From Paraspadella gotoi (taxonomy: Eukaryota > Animalia > Chaetognatha): DNA of 64,000 nucleotides. Positions 1 to 17,902 of the stretch are shown here, piece after piece. The notes under the pieces are model-generated. The model made no database searches. It was not told the DNA's origin and worked only from the letters and a program-made list of their open reading frames with translations. The translations under genes and the position numbers were made by a program. The DNA lies in NCBI GenBank assembly GCA_051294375.1, contig CM119263.1:6234932-6298931 (forward strand), given 5' to 3'. Position 1 is the first letter of the stretch. Every line of letters begins with the position of its first letter.

Positions 1-244
1 TTCACGCTGGTTACCTCCATGTACTAATTTAAAAGATGTCAACGATTTTTGGTTTTAATTTTTGTTATATCTGTTATTAGTATGGAAACGACCTTACCCA
101 TCTATTATAAGTTATAACTCCTTACGTTAGCTCTAATTTCACTCTCTCTCTGTACGAACCCCACAAGAAGATAGAATCGTTAAACGTCCGGTAGAGAATC
201 AGCGATTAAAACGCGCTACCGAAGTACAATCGAGTCTTAAAAGT

Positions 245-710
245 TAACCAATGAGAGAACGGCTCTTTCTCACATCAACCAGTAGAATCTCGAAGCGTTC
301 GCTCCCCAATTCATTTTACCAATCACACTCGAGAAACGGTCAATTTTATTTTAACGAATCGGAGAGTTCCGTCCAATCAGCGGGCAGCGTGTCCCGAACG
401 AAGTGAACAACGGAGCTTCTCTTAAAGTGTCATTCACTCCATCGACCACCATTGACCAATCCTTCCCCCCTTTCAATCGGCAACCACCCCCGACGAGGCA
501 GCGAAAGTGCTTTGTTCCCCCCTTATGTTTTATTGTTATTAGGTGTCGGTAGAAATTGTCGCTAGAGGCGCTTGGAGCGGAGGGATATCTTTATAAACTG
601 AGACTTCTCTATCGCACACGGGATATTTACAAAAAAAATAACTTACTATTAGAACACAAAATATTTGATACCGCCTGTAGCGAATATCCTGAAAAATAAG
701 CCAATCACCG
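245..710. promoter_or_regulatory. Cluster of CCAAT boxes, probable promoter of a gene running off the left edge
   Basis: CCAAT at about 248, 307, 319, 373, 456 and 701. On the minus strand, ATGGAG|GTAACC at 20-9 looks like a Met-Glu first coding exon followed by a donor. Confidence 0.35.
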
Positions 711-812
711 CGGATCAAGTTTCATGGATGAAATCTTGAGCGGGACACAATTTTTATCTCTCTCGGCCATCGGCTTATTAATTCATTCCAGTCTCATTTG
801 CGATAATGGAAC

Positions 813-921
<109 letters not shown>

Positions 922-1320
922 ACTCGTTCCCAGGGGTTTAGCGAAGCGCGTCTGAGTCAATGAAGGAGCTAAGGCCAGTTTCCATGAAAGGGCTTTTTTC
1001 TGCCAGGGCGAGGCGGCCCGGTATTAGCGATGAGGCCACCGCGAAGTTTGGGCCAAAGACTCCAATCCTTGATTCCACTTTGGCTTTTTAAGGCCTCATT
1101 TCCGCTGGAATTAAGCGACGCGGAGATCGGGGCTCGATACGACCTTACCGCCGAGAAAACCCGCGCTTTGAGTTTCATTTAAACTTTTACAAAATTGAAT
1201 ATTTTAAAAACTTAAAATTTTTAGATAGCTCGGTGCTTACTCACTTTTCACTCACGCCTTTCTGTCACTCTCTCTTAGTTCTTTGAAGGCCTGAGAATGG
1301 TGTCTAAAAATTGTAATTGA

Positions 1321-1363
<43 letters not shown>

Positions 1364-1835
1364 TTTCTTTTGTTTATTGCATCCTATTGTAGTCTCTTTG
1401 TCTATTTTTCTTTCTCGATACTTTATAAACATTTCTCTTATTTTCTCATAAACTTGACTGCGAAAATTTTTATTATATATTTTGCTGTTAAGAACTTTTC
1501 ACTTTCCCATAAACCCATAAATTCTCAATTTCCGGAAGTCTTGTTTGGACGGTCATCCGTCGCCGAGGAGATAACGCCCATATAGCCACCTCCCCCCCCT
1601 CACTTGCCCCTACTCTACACTAAATCACTCCCTTCTCACTTTTCTCACTCGCTCTCACTCCTCGGTCCTCGTTTTCCCTCGAACTTACCAGCGTCCCCAC
1701 TCTCTCTACGGGCATCGCGACCCTAGCGACACCTAAGATCCTTAAACGCGACTTGTCCCATATAAAGTCGCGGGATCCGTCGCCATAAACATTGGGCCGC
1801 TTCTGGATTTTGACTATAAATTAAAAGCCCCGCTT

Positions 1836-1888
<53 letters not shown>

Positions 1889-2521
1889 ATCATTCTCTTC
1901 AACCCATCAGCCGACTTCCTTCCTTTCGTTTCCTGGCAACGCGCGATCATTAAGTTGCTTTTGACTCTTACAGCCATTCATTGACTTTGCCACCCAAAAC
2001 CGTTCATAGGGTGGCGAAACCCTATTCCATTTATAGCTTTGATAGCCGTTTATTACTTTGCACACCCAATACCATTTATAGTCACTGCTGTCACTGCTGT
2101 CCCTGCCACTGCCCTCAGTTTCATCTGCAACGTAAATTTAAACTTTCGCAATATTTATGCATTTTGTTTATAACGTCTGTCAGATTCCCCCTCTGTCAAT
2201 GACCTTTTACCTCTGTCGTTGTTATGCAGTCTTGCCTTTTATTCTTTCTTACATCCGTCGCCAGATTCAACTGCTCATCGGTAGAAAGAAGTTGATGTCT
2301 TCTTTGTTACAAAATCGATAGGATGAGTCGTAGAATTTTCAATTCTTTTCTCTAAATAAGAACTACTGGAATTCTCACAGAAACCGGTCACCGACATCGA
2401 GGCACAAAACAACAGTTGGTCTTTTTTCTCTGGTCTCTTTTTAAGTTGACACCAAATGATTCAGATCCGAATCTCCATTCACTCTCCAACTTCCTGCTCC
2501 GGCACCCATTCCTAATCCGTG

Positions 2522-2559
<38 letters not shown>

Positions 2560-2633
2560 CCATTTCCATTCCCAGCCTGGCATCTCTCGTTTTCGTTGTT
2601 TATCGCGACCTAATCTCGTCGTCGTCGTCGTGT

Positions 2634-2711
<78 letters not shown>

Positions 2712-4229
2712 CCCATTCCCGTCGGTCATCGTTCCGAGTCTCGTAAACCCGCGGAATCGTTTTGACCTTCCGATCGAGTCAATGTGCGGTGCTGTCGGCG
2801 CGGTCGGCGCTCTCTTTCCCCATCGGCGATCGATGGAATTTTCTCGTCGAAACCGGCGTCATCTTTATGAAACGGCGCCCCTTCATCGAACTCTAACCAG
2901 AGCGCCCTCAATGGGTTGAGGGTTGTTTTTTTTTTTGGGTTCAGATCCGACGTTGACGATTATGAGGCCAAACTCGTTCGACAAAATGGCGCAATCATGA
3001 ATGCGACTTCCGGTGGTCGCCCAATCTTTATGACGTTTCATGTTTGGCGGGTTAACCGATATCCCAAGTATGTTCAATAAGGCGGACCAAAATTGAACAC
3101 TTCTCGTTCTCTCAAAAAGATTTTTTTCCCTTCTACTACTAAATCGATTTTCAATGAAACTTTTTTAATTAGTTCATTGGGTTGTTGCACTGAAGCTTTT
3201 TTAAATTTTATTTTTTATTTTTTATAAAGCTTGAATAGTTAAATAAAAGTTAGTTGGTTAAAAATAGAAAAAAACCTTAAAAAATCATCATCATCATCAT
3301 CATTGGCTAAATTTTATGGTTTTTTAAAATTTTTATCAATAAAACAAAAAAATTTAAAAAAGTTTCAATAATCTTTATCTAACTTTTAAAGCTTTATCAG
3401 AATCTATTAAAAAAATTAACAATTTTTTTTTTAAATTTAAACTTTATAAAGTAATAAAATAATTTTTAAATGCATCCGTGCGCTTAGCTATAAGATAAAT
3501 TTAAAAATTATTTTTATTTACATAGTCTTTAACAGTCATTTTACCATTATCTATTTGAGAGAATTTCTAGTTTTCAACCAGTTCCGGCCTAATGTTCAAT
3601 GTTTAATTTAAAGTTTTGTGGTCGTCAGTATTAAACCCTGTCAATAAGTCACTTTCTTTGTATTTTTTAACAATTTTTTAAATATATACCTTCAGTATAA
3701 GTGTAAAAAGTTTTTTTCTCGTATCAAGAATCCAGCAGATTAGACTATTTGTCTACGAAACGGCAAACATATTAAATCATTTGGCATTTGCTTTTTCATC
3801 TTTGCTTAATATCTTAATTTCATTTTTCATTACATTTTTCCTGACTTTTACTAATTATATGTTTATCCAACATCATTAAGATTAAGATTAATATTATTTT
3901 AATATGACTTATGATTTCTTACTGTCATCACACGTAAGAGACAGGGTGGGAGAGAAAAAGATCAGTAACCAAAATTCGAATGGTTTACATGATAGTCGGA
4001 GACCCAAGGCCACTATGTACATGACGTCATTCCGTCCGATGAAAAACCGACAAAAAAGCGAACGAAAAATATGACGTCGCTCATAGAAAAAAAGAAGCAA
4101 TAACAATAAACGGAGATTATATGGTTACGGCGGTCAAGCGCTCTGGCTAAGAGGTATAAATATTTTGTGAGGCACATATTTGGTCTTTAGTCTCTACGTG
4201 GTTCGAATTTTATATCTGGAGCGATGATG

Positions 4230-4426
4230 GATTAAAGATTAAAGAATAAAGATTAAATATTAAAGATTAAAGAATAAAGAATAAAGATTAAATAGTACAG
4301 ATTAAAGATTAAAGATTAAAAATTTAAGATTTAAGATTTAAGATTTAAGATTAAAGATTAAATATTAAAGATTAAAAATTAAAGATTAAAGATTAAAGAT
4401 TAAATATTAAAGATTAAAGATTAAAG
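4230..4426. repeat. (GATTAAA)n degenerate 7-mer minisatellite
   Basis: Read directly from the sequence. Confidence 0.9.
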
Positions 4427-6014
4427 TCTAGAAATTAAATAGCGAATAGAAAATTCAGATACGTGATACATAAACGTAACCAATGAAATCACGTGATAAC
4501 GGAAGCGAGACAACAACAACGACAACAACAACGATGAAGCCTTTTTTTTCCCACGAGAATCTCCGCCTCCTTTCGCTTCTTCGAAATCGCGGACGGAAGC
4601 GAGGATAGAGACAGAGATATAGACGAAGATGGAGACGGAGACACTGAGGTCGCTTCGGAATTCGGAAGAACGATTCATCGTACGAAGAATCCCAAGACTT
4701 CTTCGTCGCAGATTCGTCGTCGTCGTTTTCGTCGTCGTTTGCGTCGTCGTTTTCGGTTTCGCCGCAAATTGATCGTGAAGTATTTTATCGCAAATCGTTC
4801 AGGATTTCAGGAATCTAAAATTGTGAATTTATACATGAATCTAACGATTATCTCGATATGCTGTATTTTGCTCTTAATGAAATTGGGTCAACCAATATAG
4901 ATATCCAATATTTATCCATTAATTCAATAAACTATCTATCTTGCTTTGGAATTAATATCGATTCATATTTTACTTGTAAATCGTTTCTCTTTTTTTTCCC
5001 TCTTTTTTCTATTAAATTCGCGGGGAATTCTTCCTACTATCTTAGATCGATGCCACTGGGTCGGCGTCAAAGATCATCCATAAAAAAACAAGGAGGATCG
5101 ATCTCTTTGCCCCCCTCCCTTCCTCCCCCCCCCCGACCGAATCTAAGGCCAACGGATTGATTCGCCCCCTTCCCTCGGACTCGGCCGCGGTCTTCGCCGA
5201 ATGGGTAAGGACGGTAAGGTCATCTCCTCGTCTCACTCGAGGTGGGCAACGGTTTCAGAAATCGAGGGAGGAGAGAGGTTGGAAGAAAAAAATGGGGGGG
5301 GGATAAAGGGTAATGGGTTTTAGGGTTCTCGGAAAGATGGGAAGGGGTTTTCCCAGGGTCCCTCTCGCCCACTAAAGCCCCCTCTCTTGATCGAAGGTGG
5401 TCGAATCCGATGGGAGGGGTCGACGTCGAAGCCGGTCGCAGAAATCGGTGGCAGCCGTCGATTTGAGGTGATCAGGCTCGTTGTGATCGCCGCCGATACT
5501 GTCGTCACAAAGATTCGGGAAAGATGCAGATTTAATGTCGGCGTTCAATGCTAAATTCTGCTGTAAAACTTACCTCAAGCTTTCAAAATGACCGAGAAAC
5601 CCAATTCGTTTATCTTCGTTGTCTGCGAACTAAGGGAAATTATATACGAAGACTGGAATCTGAAGGAGAAGGTGAATAGGAGCCGTAGATAATGTGGGGT
5701 GTCTGGTGGGGGGGGTCAATGGTAGGGGAATGAATACCAAAAAAAAAGAAAGAAAGAAAAAAAAATAATAATAATACTGAAAAAGGAAATTGTACGAAAC
5801 GGACGAAAAAAATGGCAAGGAAAAAAAATTAATATTTATTCTTCGATCGGATGAGGATAATTATGATCAATGATTATGAATTGATATCAATTATCATCCT
5901 GTTCTCCTTTTTCTCTGACTGCCCCTCAACCACCCCCCCCTCCACTTGCCTTCTCCGCCCCGAAGGTCATTCTCCTCCACCACCCGACGATCGAAGGAGC
6001 AATTCATTCTAATC

Positions 6015-8035
<2,021 letters not shown>

Positions 8036-8060
8036 NNNNNNNNNNNNNNNNNNNNNNNNN

Positions 8061-11000
8061 AGACAAACGCTTCTAATGGATCTACAACGGCAAAAGAAAA
8101 TGGCAAGAACGGTGTTTTTTTTTTTTTTTTTTTAAATAAGGGTAATAATTATAATTAAACTTTCTACTACATCAGCTAAACTAATTTCTTCACGATCGAA
8201 AAAGACTAGGATCAACGACGTCGGAAATGGATCGGCATTTGAATCGGTGGCAGTCGCGGCGCCGCGCGGCTAAGGGAGGAGGGGCTGAGGCGCCGCGCCT
8301 TCACTCGAAGTTTCTTCCAGCGCCCCTCTCGCGGCGAGGCAGTGTTCTCCTCTGCGGAGGCTAAATTGACGAGAATTCCGGGGCGAGGGATCTCAAGGGA
8401 AGAAGTCAAACTGCGAAAACGTCCTCTTCGTCTCCCGATTCCAAATCTACCTCCTCTTCCTCCTTCCGCCATCCTCCTCCTCTTCCTCTCCTCCTCTCTC
8501 TTCCTCCGCCTCCCCGGGGAGTCGAGGCAGCGGCGTTCCGCTCCGACGCCACGTGCGGATTGCTGCTGCTGCGGCTGTTCGAGATGCTGCTTTCCTCCAC
8601 TTGAGCGGCGATTCTGGAACCAGACCTTGATGCCCTCGCTGAGGTTGAGCGAGGTGGCCAAGTAGAACCGCTCCGTGCCGACCATTGTACTGCATGCCGC
8701 TCGAACTCTTGCTCCAGTCGCTCCAGCTGCTCTGGCGTGAGATGTTGCGGACTCGGTTTGGGCTTGACCCCAGTCGCCCGACCGCGAGCCGGATCGCCGC
8801 CGGAGTGGGCGCCGCTGCCGCCGGCGCTAGGGTGTGTGGGCGAGATTGGGACGAAGCTTGAGATGCGGAAGTATGGCGTCGACGAGACTTTCCAGGGACA
8901 ATCGCGCTTGAGGTGGTTCGACTATGTGATCTGATGAATGGAAGAGAATTGATAACCATTAGGATTTATGGTCAATTTGGGACTCACTGAAACTATAAAG
9001 TGACATAATTTAATATATAATTTTATTAAAAGAGAAGTAATCAGCAATCTTGTTATTTAAATTATAAGTGAAATGAATTGACGAGCTAATGATAAAATCA
9101 AGGATTTGTGTCCGAGACAATTGGAGAAGGCAATTAAAAGGAGAAAGCAACAATGAGGAGCAAAAGCGATTGAGCAAAAAGCGATTAATCTAAAAGCGAG
9201 CCAAAGTCGCGAACGAGAAACTCGAGAGGCCTAACATGAGAAGAAACATCGACGCCTCGGAAAATTCGATCACAAGCAAAACAATAGAAAACAAAGTGGA
9301 CAACCAAAACATCGACACGACAAGAAAATTGGTCAAGATCTAAGATCTATTCGACGAGCCGCGTATCGAATTTCGAGTGGGAAGAGGGTGAAGTTTTTAA
9401 TGTGAGGAAGTAGGAATGGGTAAGTGATGCTTTTGTGAAGAGGGCTCAATCTGATCGTTTTGAGATAAATGATCGTCGGTCGTTCATCCGAATAGGGACG
9501 AAAGAAAGAGGGAAAAAGAGGAGGGAAAGATATGGACAACGGGAGAGAAACTGATGACAATGAATAAATAAACAGTGTGAAAGATTATAAGTTGGTGTAT
9601 TTGTGGGTGAAGGCAGTGAAGAAATTTTTATTCCTGAGGCCTCGTTTTAAAAATGTCACGTTTGTGGGACTTCGTGAGAAGGGCGTTGGAGATCTGAAAG
9701 GGACGGCCTCTCATCGAGGCGAGGGTCCATTTCGGGGCAGGGTCTCCTCAATTCCGACGGCATCGTTCGATTCGTGACTAATTAGATTCAATATTTCACA
9801 TGTTCGTGTAACGAGATTTCGAAAGGAGATCCGCCGCAGCCGCCGCCACGCTGCTCTCTGCGGTAAATCGCTGCGCAGAACGCGGCGGCGGGCGCCGTCC
9901 ATGAGCAGCTTCATTTACATCTCAAAAGGCAATAAAAGGAGAGCGAAGGAGAAAGAAAAATTAGAAATAACAACACTTTTTTTTATTATAAAAAAAGAAA
10001 AAGAGGAAAAGATGATCCGTATTCAGTTTTCGGAACGGGAAAACAAATGTGGTTCGAGAGGGGAGGTGAGATTCTCGCCTTAAAGTATTGGAATGATTAA
10101 GACAAGAGATCATTTATAATTTTAGAAAATTAATGGTTAGCGAAAAATAATTTTATTACTTGTATTACTTAAGCATATTGAGAAAATATAATGTCGTATT
10201 TTTTTTTTTTTTTGAACCGGACGACTTACCTTTCTCTTTCCTTTGCGACGCCAAGGAATGGCGAAGGTGCTGAGGGAACTCGCTGCGGCGCCGCCGCGCA
10301 AATGCTGATGCAGCTGATGGTGGTGAGTGGGTGGCGGCATGAACGCCGGTGGTGAGGTTAAGGGCGGCGGATGGTGAGGCGGAAGGTGGGGGTGCTGCTG
10401 TAGATGAGGGTGGAGGTGTTGAGAGATCCGCTAATTGAGGATGGAGGTGTGGCCCGGAACGCCCCTTGAATCTGAAGGCGGCTTCGCGGCGGGAAGAGAG
10501 GGAGAGGAAGTCACCGGTGTGGTGGTGCGGTGGCGGGGGTGGCGGAGGGACGCCGCTTTTCGTTTTTGCCGAGAATGGCGTCGATGGTGAAGGCGGATTG
10601 GGAGAGACGCCGGGCGACTCGCGTTGTGGATTTCGGCGGGTCGTCGTCGGTGAAGACGCGGAAGACGATGCCGGGCTGCGGAGGCGGGTCCTGGCCGACG
10701 TCGCCGGTAGAGACGTCGGAATTGTCGGCGCGTGTCCCGGAGATTGATAGGCCGCGAGTGATGGTAGAGAGTCGTCATGTACGCCAGATTCTGACTCGGG
10801 TCTGTAAAAACGGCGCCGGACAGAAACGGCGCCGCCAGGTTTGGAGAAGCGCACCGGAGAAAGAGAAAGGACCCCGCCGAGGACGGAGTCGGCCGATGCA
10901 TATGGGCGGTTGAGGGGCGGCGGCGGCGGCGGCGGGAAAGGGCGGAACGATGAGGCAGTGAATCATGTTGGGGAAAGTTTCGAGTGTTTTTGGCCTCTTT

Positions 11001-11272
11001 TGTTTTTGTGTAAAGTTTAATTGATTAGTTTTTTCTTTAGAGAACGTTTATTTCAACATGCAAAGATGTAAAAAAAGGGCGGATCTTAATAGGTTTTTTT
11101 TTTTGTTCGTTTGGCAAATGATTGCGATGGAAATATCCAAGTCAATTTTTTATTTGGGGAAATTTTCGTTCCGCTTTCGACTTTCTAGAATAGTAGTTCG
11201 TCTGACCGATGAGGTTATCAAGATTCGATTCGCGGTTTTTATTGCGGCCGAAGATTGAACGAAGTCTCGAGT

Positions 11273-11275
<3 letters not shown>
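8061..11275 (-). repeat. About 3.2 kb inverted duplication of 17597-20830
   Basis: 8061 AGACAAACGCTTCTAATGG is the reverse complement of the sequence ending at 20830. Identity runs through to GTCCC at 11271-11275, the reverse complement of 17597-17601. Confidence 0.93.
8301..10966 (-). pseudogene. Frameshifted inverted copy of the Not gene (pseudogene or assembly artefact)
   Basis: Reverse complement of 17903-20593 including the intron, with many 1-3 nt indels that fragment the ORF, e.g. homeodomain [18 protein letters not shown] versus [19 protein letters not shown]. Confidence 0.75.
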
Positions 11276-13281
<2,006 letters not shown>

Positions 13282-14881
13282 GATGGATGCCTTAAACCAC
13301 CAAAGCCTATCATTATCCAAAGTCAGGGGCAAGATAGCATTATTTATTAAATGGATATTTTTTATATTGGTTGTACCAATTTCATACAAGAACCAAAACA
13401 TTCATTATCTCTCTATTCTACCAAGACACCATAACCCTTTTCTCTTGCCAATATTCAATTCTCATTTCTCATAATTTCCCCGAACCCCACTTCCTGCGCC
13501 AAACGACTCTTCACCCCACCAGCTCACCCCCTTCCCCCTTCCCTCCACGCCACAACCCCACGAATTCGGGACGCGTGACGTAATTTGGTGGCGTTGCGTC
13601 GCGACGTCGACCGCGCAACGAGGGTCGGAAACTGACGTTATCGGTCACGGCGCATCGCGCTAATCGCTTTGGTGCATCTATTTAAGATCCGCTCCGTTGG
13701 CCTTGGGTTATATCTCTATGGTGCATCGAGCTCTTAAACTATGGCGCATCTCTCTCTCTCTCTCTCTCTCAGTCGATCATCTTTCGGGATCGGCTCATAA
13801 TCGAGGGTCACGACCGAAGTGGGGGGGGGGGAGTTGGGGGTGGTTCGAAGGACGGTTGAGGCGGTTGATGTTATAGTTAAGGAAGTCGGTGGATGACGCA
13901 AGATTCGAGGCTGACGTTTTGGAAAGGAAATTTGGTCATGAAGATCCACGGCGATGTGGTCGAGCGTGGTTAAATTAGGGAGGGGAGGCGGAGATAAAAC
14001 TAGATTAATAAATGTTGATTTATTGGATAAAAGTGTAGCTGCGGTTTTTTTTCCCCTTTAATTTAATTGGATTTGTAAAAATTCAATAATAAGAATAAGA
14101 AATCTTAGATCAAACATTTACCCACGAAACTACTTATAACATAGAAAGTCAACTCGTGTCATATTCTGTCGCACAATGAAACAAATAATGTGGTTACATT
14201 ATTTGGTCTTGTGACCAAAAAATGCGACAATTTCCCAGCTACTTTAAATACTCTTCATTACAGGCGACATTTCATACTACTACAACAGGGGGGCAGCCCA
14301 CCTGCCCACCCTTCTCATCCTATCCCCATCCCCATCCCCATTCCCATCCCCATCCCCTTCCCCATCCCTCCACCCAATTATGGTCACCGCGCGTCACCCT
14401 CCACCCGTTCGCCAGAACGCAAGACCGCGTCTCCACGGGGGAAGGGACGCTCGTTGAATTGGAGCCGAGAATCTCTTTCAATTATTTCGTAAGTGTGACG
14501 CGGCAGTCGAGTGGTCCAAATGGCATCGTTGATTTCTTAATACTCGAAAAATTAATTTACTGAATTCGAATTTCATGACTAGTTTTCAAAATAATAATAA
14601 AACGAAGGGAATTTTTTTCCATTAACAGTGAATTGTATTGTAAAATTTATCGCTGAGGAAAATTTGATCGAAGATTCAAAAATGTTTTAATTTCGCAGCC
14701 TGTATATAGGTCTGTAGAACACATGTTACCAATCTTGTTCTCAGATACAGCTAAACATACAATTACAAACGAATAAAGAGTAAATAAAATGGCGCTGTTG
14801 TTCTCCAGCATCTGGTCTTCAACGTGAGGCGACTAATCAGGTGCGTCCTTTCTATAATCCAATTTCTCTTCAAAGAGTCTA

Positions 14882-15014
<133 letters not shown>

Positions 15015-17415
15015 GCCACCATGAAACGAAATCTCGGTTTTCTCAAAGAAAGCCGCGGTTTAGTTTCCTCTCGACCTGAATGGGACGAGGCTCGCTGATC
15101 GGGTCAACTGGGCCAAGGAGCTAGAGAGATAAAGGGGGGTAGGGTTCCTTGAAAATCGAAAATCAGCACCTGCGACTGAAACATAAAGCGACATATTTCT
15201 CCCTATTTTACCGAATACAATCGCTAGAAAAAAAAACCCCAAACAAACGAAAAAAGAACTCGAGCTCAAACGATAGAAATACTGGGTACAAAAACCTGAG
15301 GGAAAAACAGGTGACCAACGAATATTGACAATAAATGGGAAAGAATAGAAATCTTTGAATCGTCCTTGAAATAAAGAAGAGAAGGATATGGGGTATAGCG
15401 AGCGAGAGAGAAGGAGAGGGAGAGAGAGAGAGGGACAATGGCCACGTAATGAGTTCTTTGTTTTTAGCTCGAGTCCATTGAATCTACTGTCGGCACGAAA
15501 AGAATAGAAAAGAATAGAAAAGAATAGAAAAGAATAGAAAGGCCGGATTAAAGGATTTGGTCTCTGGGGGGAAAGAAAGGAAGTAGTTCCACGACTGTGG
15601 ACCAGAAACTTTTGTGAGACCAGGTTTCATGAAGACAACAATTACTAGAGAAGAATACGTATTGATAGGTGAAAGAATAAGACATAAAATAATAGGAGAA
15701 CGAAAAGAAACAAATGACCATTGGCTACTTTACCTCGATAATTTTAAAAAATTATGCCACATTTTTGATAAAAAAGCCAAAAAATTTGTGGATCGCTTAA
15801 CTAGGCAATAGAAATACTAAAAAAATACCCATTCATTCAACGTATAAGCTATCTTGCCTTCTGACTATTATCATTTAAGATGGATGAAGGCCCACAGAAC
15901 GATTAAGTATAATTCGACATTTTCTTCTTTTTATCTGCATGTTTCCCTTATATTCCTTACACTGTGAAAGCAAAGAGAGTCAAAGCGCTGAACACGACTC
16001 TGTCAAACTATGAGAAATAATTAAAAGGCGTACATATTAAGGCGGGCCAGAATTTAACATTTTTTTACAATATGAAAAAGTCTGCATTAAAAGTCTTTTT
16101 TCCTTTTACAACCAAATTCACTTATGATGTTAGATTTTGATGGAATTAATTTTCCTCCTGCATGGAAGCATTTTAATATTTAACAATATATAAGAAATGC
16201 TTAAAAATTTTTTAAAGAAATTAAATTTTTTTTAAATGTATTCTGATAAAGATTAAAAAGTTATATAAAGGTTAGTACTACAAATTTCAAAAATATTAAT
16301 TATAAATGGGCTAAAATTCTAAAAAAAACCTTAAAAAATAATCATCATTATCATCATTCATTAAATTTTTTAGTTTTTGTTAATTTTCATAGATAAATCA
16401 TTAAAATTTTAAAAAGTTATAATAATAGCCTTTATATAACTTTTCAAGCTCTATCAGAATCCGTTAAAATATACTAAAATTTATTTAAAAAATTGCTTTA
16501 AAAAATATATGTATTTGGATAATATAAAATATCTTCCATGCGTTTAACTATAAGATAAATCTTAATTTTTTTTATTTTCACGATCTTTAATAAACACATT
16601 AACAATATTTATACCAGATTTCTGTTAGTTTGTAACCTGTTCCGCCTGAGTACATATTGCATTACTTTTTCCATCACTCTTTTTTACAGAATGTTATTTC
16701 AGGTTTTTTTTTTATCTAAATTCATCTTGATACGTAAAATTAAAATATTTTGTGATAAGATACTTTTTAAAAAGTTTATAAATCCATCGGTTTATAACTT
16801 AAGGAACTCCCTGACGTATCCTAGAGCCAATCTATGATACGAGACTTAATAAACAATCAAAGGTCGAGTGTTAAACAAAATTTGCTACGCTGTCTGATAG
16901 TATCACGTAACTCCATGTTCCGCCCATAATAGTACCACGAGAGAGTTTCACGCCAACCACTTCATGAATTCACGTATCACATAACAGCTCCGCTTTCTCT
17001 TTGCGAATTGAGAGTTTTTTTCTCATCTGGAAAAAAAAATAGAATCGAATTTCCTCGAGGAACAAAAGAACAACGAACAACGAAAAGAAAAAAAATAAAG
17101 CAAATCTCGAAAATGGTCCGGAGTAACCGAACACCGCTGTATCTGCTCGAACACAGGAAAATCCGCTTGAAACAACAAACGTCAACGACGACGATGACGA
17201 CGACGACAAGCAAAAAACGCCGCTGGAAAAAGAAAGGGATCCTTACCTTCGACCTCTGAATCTCCGAAAAGAATAAAAAGCGAAAAGAGGTGAGGGTTTC
17301 GCTGATTTTTCCTCTTCCCAAGACCCCCGCTCTTCCTCCTTCCATAGGCCGAACGTTGCCCCGTCATCTTCCTCTTCCACGTTCCGGTCGTAAAGTCATA
17401 CCGATGGCCGTTCCG

Positions 17416-17490
<75 letters not shown>

Positions 17491-17902
17491 CGGTCGTTGC
17501 CCGTGTGTCCCGTCTCGGGCGGTCTTCGTCGTCAACTTCGTCGTCGTCGTCGTCGCTACCATCGTCGTCGTCATCGTCATCGTCGTCGTCGTTTATGGGA
17601 CTCGAGACTTCGTTCAAATCTTCGCCGCATAAAAACCGCGAATCGAATCTTGAAAACCTCATTCGGTCAGACGAACTACTTCTAGAAAGTCGAAAGCGGA
17701 AACGAAAATTTCCCCAAATAAAAAATTGACTTTGGATATTTCCATCGCAATCATTTGCCAAACGAACAAAAAAAAAACCTTATTAAGATCCGCCTTTTTT
17801 TACATCTTTGGCATGTTTAAATAAGCTCTAAAGAAAAAACTAATCAAAATTAAACTTTAACAAAAACAAAAAAGGCCAAAAACAACTCGAAACTTTCCCA
17901 AC

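Noticed and set aside
4120-4220. tRNA-like box A/B motifs (GGTTCGAA); similar motifs at about 30835, 32760 and 54525
   Set aside because: I could not fold a full cloverleaf at any of them. At most they are decayed tRNA-derived SINE heads.
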